A stretch of DNA of 63,989 nucleotides, filler included, from Reticulomyxa filosa (GCA_000512085.1; 29 parts of 29 records of this genome joined end to end with filler, not necessarily neighbours in it), one strand, 5' to 3'. Shown: positions 50,801 to 63,989, numbered from the whole stretch's first letter. The notes: generated by a model from the sequence alone, not told the origin. Numbers and translations are program-made.

Positions 50801-52598
50801 GGTTATTAGTGATACGGACCTCGACGAGAAGACTCCATTTAGTCCAAACGAACATATGTTCGATCGAATGAACGATAGCATAACTCCGTTCCTCGCTTCT
50901 ACGCATTTCAAAGGACACATCCCCAATATGGCCTCGACTTTAACAATCAGTCGTCAGTCCACTCCTCGCAAGAATCATTCCGACAAACTAGCTCATAACA
51001 ATGACTCAGGTACAGTACTTATATATTTTCATTACAATAAAAAATTGCCATTTGCATACATACGTATACATATACATATACATATATATACATATATATA
51101 TGTATACGTGTATATAAGGATTTACATCATTTTTGCCAGAAGCGGAGCTGTCGTTTGCATATTCTCAACATGATCAATTTGGAGCTGATCTGCAAGCTTG
51201 GTATTCCAGCTCTGGCAATACAAGCTTCCCAGGATGGAATGCACAGACTTTGGAGCACTTTTCGAAAATGCAAGCGCAATATGGACATGCAGGCCCCCCT
51301 CGCGATTCCAAAATGGAGTTATTGCCATCCGCGGTATTGGAGTCGGTCATCCGTCAAGACGCTCCAATCGTCCGAAGTACACATCTCAAACAACGAGCGT
51401 CACAAACATTAAGTGGCAATATTTTGGACGAGTTCCGTGGAGCAGAGGAGGAGGAGGAGGAGGAAATAATGGAATGAGTAGAAGTGGGAGTTTCAAACAC
51501 GTTGCTGCGGCAGCAAAAGCATCAAGACACTCTTCTTTGCTGTCTTCGTCAGTATTGCACTCAATCAAAAGTCCAGAACACGTGACCAATGCTGCCGAGG
51601 ACAATGACTTTTCTCGATTCCCACTTATGTTCCAACATAATACCTCCTACGAACTCACTCCCGAAATCACTCCTGTTATGGACTCAAATAATTTGTCCTT
51701 ACCAATGACTTTTCAAGTTGTGTGTTCATTACTCTTATATATTTTTTTTTTTTTGAAAAAAAAAGAAAAAGAGCCGCTCCAACAATAACAAATACCATTG
51801 GTATAGTTGCCAGATGCTCGTCAAACCCATGTATCAACAACGAAACCGATACAACCGACAATGCATGGAGACCAAACCGATGGCAATCGTGATCAATCGC
51901 AAACATCACAAAAGAAATGGCTGGGAGTGTTTTGGAATGCATTGCTGGGAACCACTAACAATTCTGTTTCAAATCCGTCAGATGTGAGCAATTCGAGGGC
52001 AGGTGCCAATAGCAGTGCTGGAGGAGCCAAAGAAAATAATCTGAATAGCCCCAATCATTCAGATTGTGTGTATGGACGTCCAGACACTTATTTTGCGACG
52101 GATTGGAAGGAACAAAATGAATTAGCTTTACCTAAAAATGTTCATGGAAACAAAGAAGAGTTGAAAAAACTATTAGAGGAAACATTGAACAATAACTCCA
52201 TTGAAAATCAAGTAATTTCAACTCATCCTGCCATTATAAATAAAGTAGCAACCAAACTTTCTGCAAAAGATAAAGAGTACAGACACACACGTATGATGCA
52301 TCAATTGCTTAGGTCCAAATACCCTGACGCTCCAAGTGGCTTCATTCCAACCACAACCTGGTCGTCGCTTTTGCGACGCAGATTTGATGAAACCAAAGTT
52401 AGTGTTACCAATGCAGATTTTGAAGCGCTTGTTCGATTGCATAGCCATCATTTGAGTATAGACTCAACATATTTCTTGGAAAATGACAAAGAAATTAACG
52501 AACTTAAAAAAGTCGAATACGACTTTTACTTAAAACTCCCTCGTTCGGTTATTCATGACAGTATCAATCCCAGTCAAACTACACAACCAAATTTTTAA
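47811..52598 (+). CDS. FIG4: FIG4/SAC3-type polyphosphoinositide phosphatase, 5' partial, two apparent single-base frameshifts
   Basis: GIVGFVRFLEGYY; FYFSYTYDLS; RRSKQYAGTRYLKRG..ANDVEIEQI; catalytic RCNCIDSLDRTN (CX5R); ALQYGGSQ; KQDAMNLFLG. Confidence 0.93.
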
Positions 52599-52982
52599 AA
52601 GAACTTTTTTGTAAATCCTCTTTTTTTTGATAAATGTTTGTTTATTAATTGAAAATTTGTTCAAAAAACCCAAAGCATATTACTTTCTCAGCTGTTTTAA
52701 CAGCAACTAAATTTTGATTAACGTTTGCAATGAATTCAAAAAATATGTTTTATCAAATTTTGTCGCTTACCCCAATAAATAGTTTCTTTGTGGTGAGCAA
52801 CTTACAGAAAATGAAAATGACAATAATATCATCAAAGTTGCATACATCAACAGAAACACTTCCTCTAACGCTTCTTTATTCTTTGAGTACTATTTTATCA
52901 ACTTCGTTATGTTAAAAAAAAAGTTTGGAGTGAAATTTTTGCTTGAACGTGAATGGTATTTCATTCATTTGCGTTTTTTGTA

Positions 52983-53920
52983 TCAGTTTTCAATCTCGTC
53001 ATTTTGATTCTGTTGATTGGAAAAGATGTTTATAATATTATTAACGCTTTCAGGGTTATTGGAATTGATGGTGATTGTGAAGGAATTTGTATTTGCACTG
53101 TCTTTTTCAGTGTTTGTATTTTTATTTGTAAAGTAAATGATGAATTGATTGCTATTTGGCACTACTCCCGCGAGTAATGAATTTACCACCGCTCCCAAAT
53201 TGTCTTGTATGTTCTGAAGGTCTTGGACTTGACCATTCCAATTAACAGTAATAAAGGCAGTATCCTGAGTCATTTGAGCCTTCGAAATGGGAACATACTC
53301 TGGAACATTAGTAGTGGTTTTTCGGAGCGGTCCATTGGCAGGCGAGCGTATCAATTGGGCACCATTTATTTCCGAGACATAACTTTCATCTCCCTTAGAC
53401 TCATCGACGTGCTCTTGATTGTCGCTATTCCATCCTCGGACAGTGGCCAATAACTGTCCTGCCTACAATGTGTAAAGTTTATATGATGGATACATTACCA
53501 ATCAACAATATGAATAACATGAATTTATTATTGTACGTTGTGTCCAAATATATATATATATATATATGTATATATTCTCTCGCCAAAGGAACATAACGTT
53601 TTTGACTTGGCCAAGAAACACATTTTTGGAGTTCCATGACGACATAACAGACTGACTTTCATTTATTGAAGGATTAATCACTGGCTCGGGCGTGTGTGTC
53701 GAAGTGTTGGCAGGGGCCTTGTCTTCATTGCCGTCATTACCGACATCACTCGAGATCGGCATTTGCACGAAAGAGTGGGAGCGAGCTTCAGAACTTGGCA
53801 GATGAGCCGACTCTTGTGTATGTTCGCAAATATTGTGACGATCGGTCCACGCCTTCAAGAAGGGATTGTCGACCGGACAGATATCCTCTGCAATCCAATT
53901 TACAAAGAAAGATAGAGCGG
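52983..53920 (-). CDS. C-terminal exons of a hypothetical low-complexity protein
   Basis: ORFs 53502..53963 and 52983..53450 are separated by a (TA)n-containing intron. Confidence 0.45.
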
Positions 53921-53960
53921 CCTTCCTCAAACAATGAATTATAAAAAAAAACTTTTTTTT

Positions 53961-53995
<35 letters not shown>

Positions 53996-54409
53996 NNNNN
54001 NNNNNNNNNNNNNNNNNNNNNNNNNNNNNNNNNNNNNNNTTAATTAATTAANNNNNNNNNNNNNNNNNNNNNNNNNNNNNNNNNNNNNNNNNNNNTTATG
54101 CTGAAAATATCTGAAACTGTTACTGAATGGCAAGCAAGTTGTCGAAATTATTTTCCTAAAGGGCAAATATACATAAAAAAATTTCTCTATTTGTAAATTT
54201 GGCGCTATTCTAATGCTGGAAGCCGTTCAAAAAAAAAAAAACTCTAAGATAAATTTTTATTCCCCGTAATACTTAATTATTTGTTTAAAAAAGAAAGAAA
54301 TAATACAGATATTCAGTGGCTATAAATGTCAATTTCCATTTTTAGAAAAGGATATATATAATTTGAAACATTGCATAGCGTCAAAGTATTTTTTTAGACT
54401 CCCACAAAC

Positions 54410-54730
54410 ACTGGCAGACTTTCTTGAAACCCAATTGCTACTGACCCAAGCAATAATGTACGAATGTGCAAAGTGGCCCATTAAGAGATTGTATTTGTCA
54501 AATATTTCATCAAATCCATCCAAAATAAATACAAATGAAATATTTCCACGAATAACATCAATTGTTTCTTTCATTTGTGAATAATTTGTTTTTCATTTAA
54601 TTCGTTATAATATTCTGATAAGTAAATATAAACAAGAATTGATATTGAAGAATCATTTGCACATAATTCCCATAATGTCTCTTCTAAATGATGACAAAAT
54701 AAACTTTTTCCTGATTTTCCTTGCAATACA
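54410..54730 (-). pseudogene. Decayed NACHT/STAND NTPase fragment
   Basis: VLQGKSGKSLFCHHLEETLW (shortened Walker A) and ISFVFILDGFDEIF (NACHT-type Walker B), in different frames with deletions. Confidence 0.7.
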
Positions 54731-55117
54731 TTTATTTTTGGTATGGGCATTTACTGCATTTCATTCGATGTTTTTTACAATAAAATTGTTATGTCTAATA
54801 GGATTTTTAATTGGATCATTTTGGTTTTCAAATAATTTTTATCAAGGATTTGCAGAATTTGCAAGAATGCGCTTATTCTTTTTTTAATATTTCAAGTACC
54901 AGTATTAATTACCTGGGCATGAGATGTAAGTGATAATGTACTGAATAAAATTCAAACCAGAAAATGATATATCACAAAATAATAATAATAACAATAAATG
55001 TAAAATTGTTATGAAATATTATTAACTATAACAACATTATTTTACAAGGATATTGTATCACCATTTGCAATCGACCAGACTCTGGCAATGTGTTGTACCA
55101 AACAATAAAAGCATTTT

Positions 55118-55238
55118 TTGTGATGAGTGTTTTTAAAAGAATTTTTTTTTAGTAGTTGCAAAAATGCAACTTTATTTAATGTGGAAAATGAAGCATCATC
55201 TTCTTCTTCTTCAAATTGTGTTAACAATATAGATAGAG
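55118..55238 (-). repeat. Dispersed repeat, copy 2 (partner at 10619-10737)
   Basis: Reverse complement is near-identical to 10619-10737. Confidence 0.85.
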
Positions 55239-55589
55239 AGAAATAGTAAGCAGTTGCATTTTTTTTTTTGAACAAATGAAAAAGGTCTTTTTTTTCAATG
55301 TTTTAAGAAAGCAAGGAAAGAGAAAAAAACAGCAAGAGCGTTTTTTTTGCCTTTGCAAACAAAATCGTTTCAAAATTGTAAACAAAATAAAGTTTGTTTT
55401 CATTTCAATTGTCACATCAACTTTTTAAAAAAAATCCTGTCACGGAGGGGCGGAGTACAAACAAAAAAAATTTTACATCATCGCTTTTTTTTTTTGCTGT
55501 AATTAAGCACATACTACACTCACTAATAAGAAAAAAAAGCATAACAGCGAAAAAACCCAAAATGGTTTGTTTATTTTAAAAAAAAAACA

Positions 55590-56116
55590 ACTGGATTTAG
55601 CCAAAAAAAAAAAGGAAAAGTACGTATTAATTAAGCTTTCTGATGACGAACTGGTAACGTTCAAGCCTAATAGTTTAAGTGGCAGTGGGCAAATGGCAGA
55701 TGAGCTTTCCAAAGAAGAGAATTGGAAACTATTGCAACAAGTAACCAAACATGGATTGAATTTGACAGATATATCATCCTTTCTTTTTGTAAAAAAAGCA
55801 ACAATGATCAAATCAATGACGGCAATGATTTCATGCGTGTTTGGAACGAACTTATTCAAAACAAACAAGCGCGATACTATACATTTAAGATGGTCACTAC
55901 ATATATCTAAAAAAAAAAAAAAAATACATATGCATACACTTTATTAAAAAAATAAATAAATAGCGGTGCATAGTAATAATAAGCGAAGGCAATGAAGGAA
56001 AAAGAACTACGTGGTGTCCAAAGAATTCAAATGAGCCACGTTTTTACCAAGAATTAGAAAAAGAAGATTGGGAAAAGCATTTGCAAGAATTCAAATCATA
56101 TGCTTCAGCATTGTAA
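55590..56116 (+). CDS. Small multi-exon hypothetical gene or pseudogene
   Basis: Coding-like blocks (YVLIKLSDDELVTFKP..., NDFMRVWNELIQ...) separated by short GT-AG introns. Confidence 0.3.
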
Positions 56117-56174
56117 ATTTTGATTTGCTTATTCCATTAAGTATACTTGAAGTTTTTCCTAGGTTGATCAAAAA

Positions 56175-56294
56175 TATGATTTTTTCAAATGATTTTTAAA
56201 AATTTCGAATGAGTTTACATAAATTGAACCTGTATTGAAAATAAGAAATTTTTAAATCTTTTTGTTTTCATTTTAGGAATCTTCAAGTCAAGTA
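56175..56294 (+). mobile_element. Diverged internal part of the TA|CAGTA repeat family
   Basis: TTTTTCAAATGATTTTTAAAAATT...AAAATAAGAAATTTTTAAAT.TTTTTGTTT.CATTTTAG.AATCTTCAAGTC aligns with 24255-24365. Confidence 0.65.
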
Positions 56295-57522
56295 NNNNNN
56301 NNNNNNNNNNNNNNNNNNNNNNNNNNNNNNNNNNNNNNTTAATTAATTAANNNNNNNNNNNNNNNNNNNNNNNNNNNNNNNNNNNNNNNNNNNNGAAACA
56401 GGGTTTCACCAATACTGGAGATTCAGTATTTTGCTGAAGAAGTATTACAGTGTTAATGAAATAGAAATCGTCCGCAATTTCCGCACCTGCAACAAAAGAC
56501 TACGGACGGGCAATATTATTTTCACAATCGCATAAAGTTTGTGATATTTTGATATGATCAAAAAAAGCTACAAATTATCACAAGATGAAAGTATTGCATG
56601 TCCGGTATCTTTAGTATGCTCAATAATACATCAAGTGAAAAAAAGCATTGTTCAATTATTTATATCAAATGTAAATATAAACAATGCTTTTACATCAATT
56701 GCTGGTTAATGTCAATTTTCGTTTATTTCAAAGTGTTGTGATCTGATGTTAAGTGATGTGTTAATACTCTATTTCTTCCTCTCTCTATCTTCTCTGTTGA
56801 TATAAGATAATATCTCACATTTGGTCAATACAAAACAAAATAGACAAGTGAATAAATCTTATTTCTTTTCCAATACAAGATGGCTGCTGATATAAACAGA
56901 ATGAGGCGCAAATATGGATGCAGACGATGATACAGAAAAAGAGCCAGACAGTGAAGATGATGCAAAACGTGTTCGACTGTTTTTCTGTGACTGAAATAAT
57001 GTTATTATTTCGTATATTTAATTGCAACCGTTCTTGTGCCTTCAAGACTTGCAAGAAAAACACTTCATGGTGTGTCTTAGTTTGTTTTTTTTTATTTTCA
57101 AATGCTGCTCCAGCTTTTAAATGAAAATATTATTTGCCTTATCTAAGGGTTAATAACGTTTTAAAAGGTTAAAACTTTTTCCAAGTTTTTTTGCTTGAGA
57201 ACTTGAAGAGGAATTTGAGCAGTGTCATTTCTCACTGTTTGAAACAATGTGGCTGGATTTTACTTGAACAATTCAAAAAAGTCCACAAACGCGAAATACA
57301 AACCGTTACAGTTGATTCTTCGTCAAGTATTTATCTGTGTGAAGATCATCTACTTGTTTTACATCGACTCTCAAAAATCAATCAAAAAGTATTCATTCAC
57401 AATTTTACTTTCCATCATTGTANNNNNNNNNNNNNNNNNNNNNNNNNNNNNNNNNNNNNNNNNNNNTTAATTAATTAANNNNNNNNNNNNNNNNNNNNNN
57501 NNNNNNNNNNNNNNNNNNNNNN

Positions 57523-58315
57523 AGAACTCTGGAGTGCTTTGATGCTTTGTTTGGCGCTTTGATTGAGCTGGGGGTTTTTGTGTTATGTGTGAACCAACGG
57601 TATTATATGCCATACTCCCCCCCCCCCCCCCCCTTCCCCCCTTCCATGCAATTACCTCTCCTCCTCTCTTCCTCCTTTCCTACCAAATACAACAACCAAC
57701 AACCAACAACAACGCAAAAAAAAGTTACAAAACTCGACGATTATTTTGGACATAGTGATCCTTCAATTGTACCAATGGTTTATATACATCGTCATTTAAT
57801 GAATTCGCATATTCATTCCTTGTCATTTCCAATTATTGGTTCAAAATAAATAAACAAAACAAACAAACAAACAAATAAATAAATAAAAAAGTACTTGCTG
57901 TAGTTAAGCCTTGATTGTACCTGGCCGTAAATTCATTCTTGATGTCCGCTTTAATTGCGTCAAAGGCATCCTTGGTTGTCCCATACTCGTCTATATCTCC
58001 TTCCATTCGGCTCAACGCTTTTTGCAATCCACGCACCAACTCGCTCTCTGAATCTATTCGCAAGCGCACCACCGATATTAATTCATCCAATAAGAATCCT
58101 TTCTTCTCCAAACGTGTGTTCAATGGAGTAAACGCATGCTAAGCCCATTTGTGCAATGTTTTTAAAATAAAAAATAAAAAAACTGTGACAATTAATAATA
58201 ACAATAAAAAAAAAGGCCCTTTAGAATCTCACGCTAGACCATATTTAACTCGCAAATCTTTCTCAAAGGTCAAAAGAGTTTGAGATAAAACATTCTTGTT
58301 GAGGATATCAGTCAT
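57523..58315 (-). CDS. F-BAR (FCH) domain protein, 5' exons
   Basis: FEKDL...AFTPLNTRLEKKGFLLDELISVVRLRIDSESELVRGLQK..DEYGTTKDAFDAIK | ...YANSLNDDVYKPL matches the F-BAR pattern (R..IE.EY...L.K, E.GT...A, L...+..PL). Confidence 0.7.
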
Positions 58316-58580
58316 GAGTCCTTTTCAATTGCGGCTCACGGTGAGTATATTCAGACTTTTTTAAGGGAACAAAAGGTTCAAACAAAAACAGGAGTGCTTA
58401 CAAAGGCTTTGATTCTTACCCACAAAAACAAAACAAAACAAAACAATAAGAAGTTCTGATAATTGTGTTTAGCATTTAAACATCGCTCTTGCGCCAAAAA
58501 AAAAAAAAAGCGCTCACTCAAAAAAAAAAAAAAACGTATGCTCCCCCCCCCACTACGGTCATTTCCCTGTGTGCAAATCT

Positions 58581-59330
58581 GATGAAAAAAAAAAAAGCAA
58601 AAAGCGAGCATATACCAACATATGAACCAATCACAAGTCCATTGTTGAAGACCTCCATATTTTTGGACTCGAGTAAGCGTAAGTGTTTTTTGCGAGTCCT
58701 GATGGTTCTGTTCGTGGTGAATGTGATGATCGTATTGACATGGCAAGTAGTGCAACTGAATATAGAAAAGAAAGGTCGAAAATGGATATTGGTGATGATA
58801 TTACAAGGAATGATATTGATGACAAACATAATGAACACATATCAGTTTTTGGACGACCCTGTGTTTCGCAATTGGAAGAGGAAGAAGACAGACTGTTTCT
58901 CAAAGTTGATAGTGATGATAGGAGTATTGGGTTTACTGCCGTTTGTATTGATCGTCATGCTATGCAAGAGTGACTATGAAATTGATTCCAACCACCAATG
59001 GGCTAACTCTTCGCCCAATGTCAAAGCCATAAAAAATTCGAAGCAAATGGAACAGTCGTTGGAATGCATGATACAAGGGCACATTTTTTTGGGAAGTGGT
59101 TTGCCATTCATCGCGGTGGCTACGTACCAACTCGTCTATGAACAGCAGAATCAGAGCCAACAGCACCCACGTTATTCGTCCATGCTGGCTGTTTTTTTAT
59201 TTATCGTCACGTTCATCTACTCCTTTCTCAGTTGTCATTATTTCCGATATAAGCAGTCTAATAAATACTATCTCATGGAATCCAGTGTCGTCGTTACACT
59301 TTTGCAAGTTTCGAAAAGACAAAAAAAAAA
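58581..59330 (+). CDS. Multi-pass membrane protein (possibly XK-related), 3' partial
   Basis: Five or more hydrophobic segments. HIFLGSGLPFIAVATYQL loosely recalls the XK E.FLES.PQ..LQ.Y helix. Confidence 0.5.
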
Positions 59331-59491
59331 AAACAGAATATATTTATGTCAATCAATCAATGTATACATATACATATACATATATATATATNNNNNNNNN
59401 NNNNNNNNNNNNNNNNNNNNNNNNNNNNNNNNNNNTTAATTAATTAANNNNNNNNNNNNNNNNNNNNNNNNNNNNNNNNNNNNNNNNNNNN

Positions 59492-59535
<44 letters not shown>

Positions 59536-59556
59536 GCATTGTGCAAGACAACAAAG

Positions 59557-61026
59557 TTAGAAGTAATAACTTGTATTGCACACAGTTCTGTACAAAACTT
59601 GTAACGAATCAAAGTCAAAATCACGATACATTTTAAAAAATTGTAGCATCAATGTGTACAAATTGGATTGGTTTACATTGGATGGATTTAATCCTCGGAC
59701 GATTTTCAACGTTTGGGTTCGCAGATCAATGGTGATCACCGGCAACACTGGTGGCGTCGTCATTTGCAAAAACTTAATGCTCAGGATCACAAACCCGAAT
59801 GTATTGGGCTGTTTCGTTGATCCATTTATCGACCCGATCCAACAAACATTGCACATGTGAACAAATGTAATATACATTCAAATAAAATAAATAAACATTT
59901 TTTTGCTCTTCCTCCTCCCTCCTCCCTCCTCCTAAGCTCTTTTTCATTTGCTGTAATTGTAAAATATAAACACAAAAACCAAGTTGTTTGCTGCGTCAGC
60001 CAAGTTCCTATGCTTTGCCCAATGTTTAATTGCGACGATGAAAGGTCGAACCCTTTTATCTGCATTGCAATAGCATTGTAGCAATTTCGTAATTGCAATT
60101 TGGTTTGTGTTCACTGCCACATCGATTTCAATCTATCCCAGTCCATACCACAAGTGCAATTTTTTTGCTTTACGCTCTTACATATATATATACATACATA
60201 TATATACATATATATACATATATGTACATATATACATGGGTACCCAACTTTACTGTTAATCTCCTGCAATTTCAATATTGGGACTTTAGCATTCAAAATC
60301 GGCGTAATCGAAAATCGGAACTCGTTTTGAACGGAAACGTTTTGAAACTCAGTAATTATGGACTTATATTCGGTTAATATATCACACGCTGCGTCGGTAT
60401 TCGAGAGCGAAAGTGTTGGTTCTTATTATTATTATTTATTATTATTATTTATTATTATTATTACTGTTGTTATTATTAAATTGGTAATTTTTGGAAAATA
60501 AAAAATTTTCTTTTTAGCAAAAGTAAAGAAAAGGGGACTTTTCGAAGTCACTCTGTTTTTTGTGACAGCTTCGTAATGCTTACAGACAGAGAGAACCTAA
60601 GATCGCAGCAGGTACAGCGACGTCAATATCTGATCCAGCTGTATCCAACCCAATGGCAGCGCTTCCGAACAGACACAGCGTCGGCAACTTGAAGGAGCGA
60701 ATGACATTGTTTGCTTCGTCGAGTTGCACTAACACAAGTTTATTTTTTTTCGATTGTGCGGATACGGGCTCCACTCTACGCAAGTGTCGTGGTATCTTCA
60801 GTATCTGAGCGTCACTTTGATGTCGATAATTGTTGTACATGACAGAATACAATTTGCTTGCTTGGTTTGTCTCTTCAGCGTTGGTGAGATATTCAATACA
60901 CGCACGACTCAAAAACTGTAATATTCCAACACGAGTCTTTTGCTCCTCTGCTGTGGGTCTTGTCGAATTATAGAGCAAGTCCATTTTTTTTACCCACTCT
61001 TCTTCCAACTTTGGAGTGACATCCAT
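59557..61026 (-). CDS. Non-canonical poly(A)/terminal uridylyl-transferase (Cid1/TUT-like), multi-exon, 3' partial
   Basis: LCLFGSAAIGLDTAGSDIDV (Pol-beta NTase hGS..D.D); VPILK; ILSIKFLQMTTPPVLP; NQSNLYTLMLQFFKMYRDFDF (PAP-associated domain). Confidence 0.88.
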
Positions 61027-61814
61027 ATTCTCTTCTCGTGTTGGTGCCGTATTTTCGTCCTTTTTTTTTTTCCCCAGTGTTTATATTTACTCATTTGTTG
61101 ATTTATTAATTTATTTAATTATGTGTCATTTCCTTTGTTGTTTTTCATTATTTGTGGCTCTCAAACATCTGCTCCACAACCCAAACTAAAGTTTAAACAG
61201 CAAAAATAAATGTCTTTTGCATACATCCTGCTTCTTTTCAGATCGGTATTGTGAAGCTTGTGAATTTGTTGTCGCTGTATATGACGATTCATCATCTTTG
61301 GTAGCACAACTGTTTGGCACGTCGTGACTTCTTCTGTTGCGCTTTTTCCACGGGCCTCGGGAAGACGAGTTATTTGCCCAAAAAGAATACTTATATGACA
61401 TTTGGATGTGTGCTTGGAGTCGGATTTACTTCCACAAAAGGAAGTTATTGCAATAAAAAATTTTAATGTACCTTGCAAAGATTCTGACACGAACCTTCAG
61501 CTTATTGCAAAATTTTTTATTATTTTATCGCTTGGGACGTCTTTATATTTCTGTAAATTCGAATCGTTTTGCTTTTAACGTTCTGCTTATTGGACAACAA
61601 ATCGAATGTTTGAGCAAAAATTGTATAAATATGAGATTATCTACAATCTACTATTTTATTTGAGTGCACTAGTTTGTTTATTTCTTTTTAACGTTTAGTG
61701 TCACAAATTTTCGGAATATGTTTATATGCCTGCTTTTTTGAAATACTTATTAAGGTATATGTAGGGGTTAAACAAAGTTTTCTGATCATATCAGTTTAAT
61801 AAAACGAAATATAA

Positions 61815-62789
61815 ATGGATATAAGTTGGGATGAAGAAGTAGACCCTAATACAAGTACCCTTTCATCAGAAAAATTGCGCCAGAAGGCAGCAGCACATCG
61901 GGAGTATCTGCAAAACGCAAGCGCAGAGACAGGCTCCCCAGAGCCAATAGTTTCAGAAAACGAAAATGACGATGAGGTGGTGGAACAAGAGCGTCCAAGA
62001 GTGCGTCGTCCATCGGACGCGGAGTTATTTTCTCGAGTGAAAGAGCAACGGAACATGTGAACAATGTATTTCATTTTTTTTGAATTTAATTTTTTGCAAG
62101 ATTGTGGGTTCAAAATGCTGTATAAGAGAGAGAAAGGGGGGAACAAAAAAAAAAATTTTTTTTTAGAAAAGAAATAAGTGCAGTACCCGAAGAAAAGGCA
62201 GAAGAAGAAGAAGAAGAAGAAGAAGCAGTGGAGACAATGGAAGAACTAAATAAAGAAGAAAGAGAAGCAGAGTCAGTGGTTGCATCAGAACAAATAAAAG
62301 ACACATGGAAAGAGGCATCACAAGATAATGACAATAACAATAATGATAATAATAATAATAATAATAAGGATAATGCAATGGAGATGATAACAACAGTGGA
62401 TACACATCCAAGTATAGAAGAAAAACAAAAGGAAAAAGAGACAGAAGAAGCGAAAATAGGAAGAGAAAAAGAAAAGGACAAAGAGAAAGATGAGAAGGCA
62501 AAAGCAAATGAACCCACCGAAAGTGGTGCGAAAAAAAAGAAAAGCAAAAAAAAAAGAATGCCGAAATTTAGTTATTTGAACGAACAAGAACAACAAGAAA
62601 TGAAAAAATTTTATAGCAAAGAAAAACATATTTTCATTGTCACATGGGGAGGACGGCCTTTGTACTCTAGATATGGCAACTTGACCGCTCCCAATATGAT
62701 TTCTTTCATGGGTGTCGTCTCTTTGATCCCTTCCAATATTGAACGCGTTAACCCCAATGAGTATGACAATATCCGAGGTTTTACGACAG
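61815..62789 (+). CDS. MON1: Vacuolar fusion protein MON1 (SAND family), 5' exons
   Basis: Acidic N-terminus, then KHIFIVTWGGRPLYSRYG..SFMGVVSLI..DNIRGF (Mon1 first longin domain: KH+F++S.AGKP+YSRYG..MG+M). Confidence 0.85.
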
Positions 62790-62857
62790 GTAACCTTTAC
62801 ACATATTACTTGATTGTGTACTTATATGCAATATTTGCTTCATAAAAGCATGTTTAC

Positions 62858-62889
<32 letters not shown>

Positions 62890-62989
62890 NNNNNNNNNNN
62901 NNNNNNNNNNNNNNNNNNNNNNNNNNNNNNNNNTTAATTAATTAANNNNNNNNNNNNNNNNNNNNNNNNNNNNNNNNNNNNNNNNNNNN

Positions 62990-63029
<40 letters not shown>

Positions 63030-63030
<1 letters not shown>

Positions 63031-63685
63031 GGATTGGTGGTACGTATAACTTCACACTCCTTCCTTCTTGTGAAAATAAAAAAAAAAGAGGTACGTACCA
63101 GGAAGGGCAATCCAATGTACAGATTACTCCTGAGCCACTTTGTTTTCTGTTTCCGTGTGCAATCACTTTACACAGATTCAAATCGGCGATTGTTGCGAAA
63201 AGGAACACAAGACAAATGTTCCATACGTGAAGTATTCGCAGCGTCGTTAGACGATAAGCATATACTCCATTCTGAAAACCAGCTTGTAAACGGAAAATTA
63301 AATGCGTAAAAATGAATCCTTTATGAAAATGATATAATACAGGAGCAAGAGCCACTGGTGCCAAACACCGATAACCAAAATAGGAATTTAGTTGATATTG
63401 GATCATTAAACTGTATGCATTGTAAAAGATTCCAAATAATACTGCTATTATCATTGTTCCATGCAACCAATAGCCCATCGAATCGTTTCCCGATTTACAT
63501 AAGCTGGCGCGTTGCAACATATGTATTGCCAACACCAACACCAACATTTGCAAGACCATAACTGAACAATATACAGGAATCATAAATAAATTGCCAGATT
63601 TTGTAGCATTACTATAATCTTTAACTCGAGAAAACATGTTTGGCTTTGCAATGTTGGCGTTCTTTGATTCTTGTTCATACACCAC
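63030..63685 (-). CDS. Seven-TM (GPCR-like) membrane protein, first exon
   Basis: Four hydrophobic helices. HLIFRLQAGFQNGVYAY after TM3 parallels FILRIRESFRRCSFGL in the 40500-42155 gene. Confidence 0.6.
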
Positions 63686-63989
63686 CCAAAAGTTTTACCT
63701 TTTTAAACAAATTTTTTTTTAATAAAATTCAATATAATAAAATATTTAGATGAAATAAGTTGATTTAAATATAAAAAAATTTGTTATTATTAATTTGAAA
63801 ATTTATGATTAAATAATAATCAAAATGAATCAGTTTAAATAGTTTTTTTAGACCACTTTACTTTTGGAATTATCAAAAATCTTTTGCTCAAAAGCAAAGT
63901 TATACATACTTTATGTTTCTGTTTGAAATAATAAAATATACTGCTGTTTATACCTAAAAAACAAACAATGTTGTGTGTCTAATTGTACA

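Noticed and set aside
48026-50918. Long antisense ORFs over the FIG4 gene
   Set aside because: These are shadow ORFs of a GC-richer coding region with no independent motifs.
1277-62989. Regularly recurring TTAATTAATTAA flanked by N runs, superficially like a repeat array or CRISPR
   Set aside because: It is an artificial six-frame-stop linker between contigs. ORFs ending in X...LIN are artefacts, and no gene-neighbourhood inference can cross it.

Overview
This window is not contiguous genome. It is 29 short contigs (about 1-6 kb) joined by 28 artificial 100-nt linkers (N44-TTAATTAATTAA-N44), so adjacency across linkers means nothing. The DNA is eukaryotic and AT-rich, with GT-AG introns full of poly-A/T and (TA)n. 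The style and the expanded families (WD40, PUB, NACHT, 7TM) suggest a rhizarian protist such as the foraminiferan Reticulomyxa filosa (inference). Recognisable, mostly partial genes: LSm14-like, phosphatidylinositol synthase, WCGPC thioredoxin, CSE1/importin-beta N-terminus, AAAP amino-acid transporter, SEC63, WD40 protein, EAG/CNG-like K+ channel, FIG4-type SAC phosphatase, F-BAR protein, Cid1/TUTase-like nucleotidyltransferase, MON1 and two 7TM proteins. Decayed sequences include RPS15, NACHT, SUSD2/EGF-like and LINE remnants. The most notable observations are: (1) an intron-containing gene with a degenerate GGDEF (diguanylate-cyclase-fold) domain at 6685-7771; (2) a Ulp1/CE-clan protease remnant resembling Rickettsiales effector domains, abutting a host repeat, at 36762-37099; (3) an intact, spliced eIF4A-like gene with all visible helicase motifs lost, at 37464-38387; (4) a multi-copy MITE-like family starting TA|CAGTA. 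No rRNA, tRNA or CRISPR was seen. All family assignments were made by eye from motifs; no database search was run.
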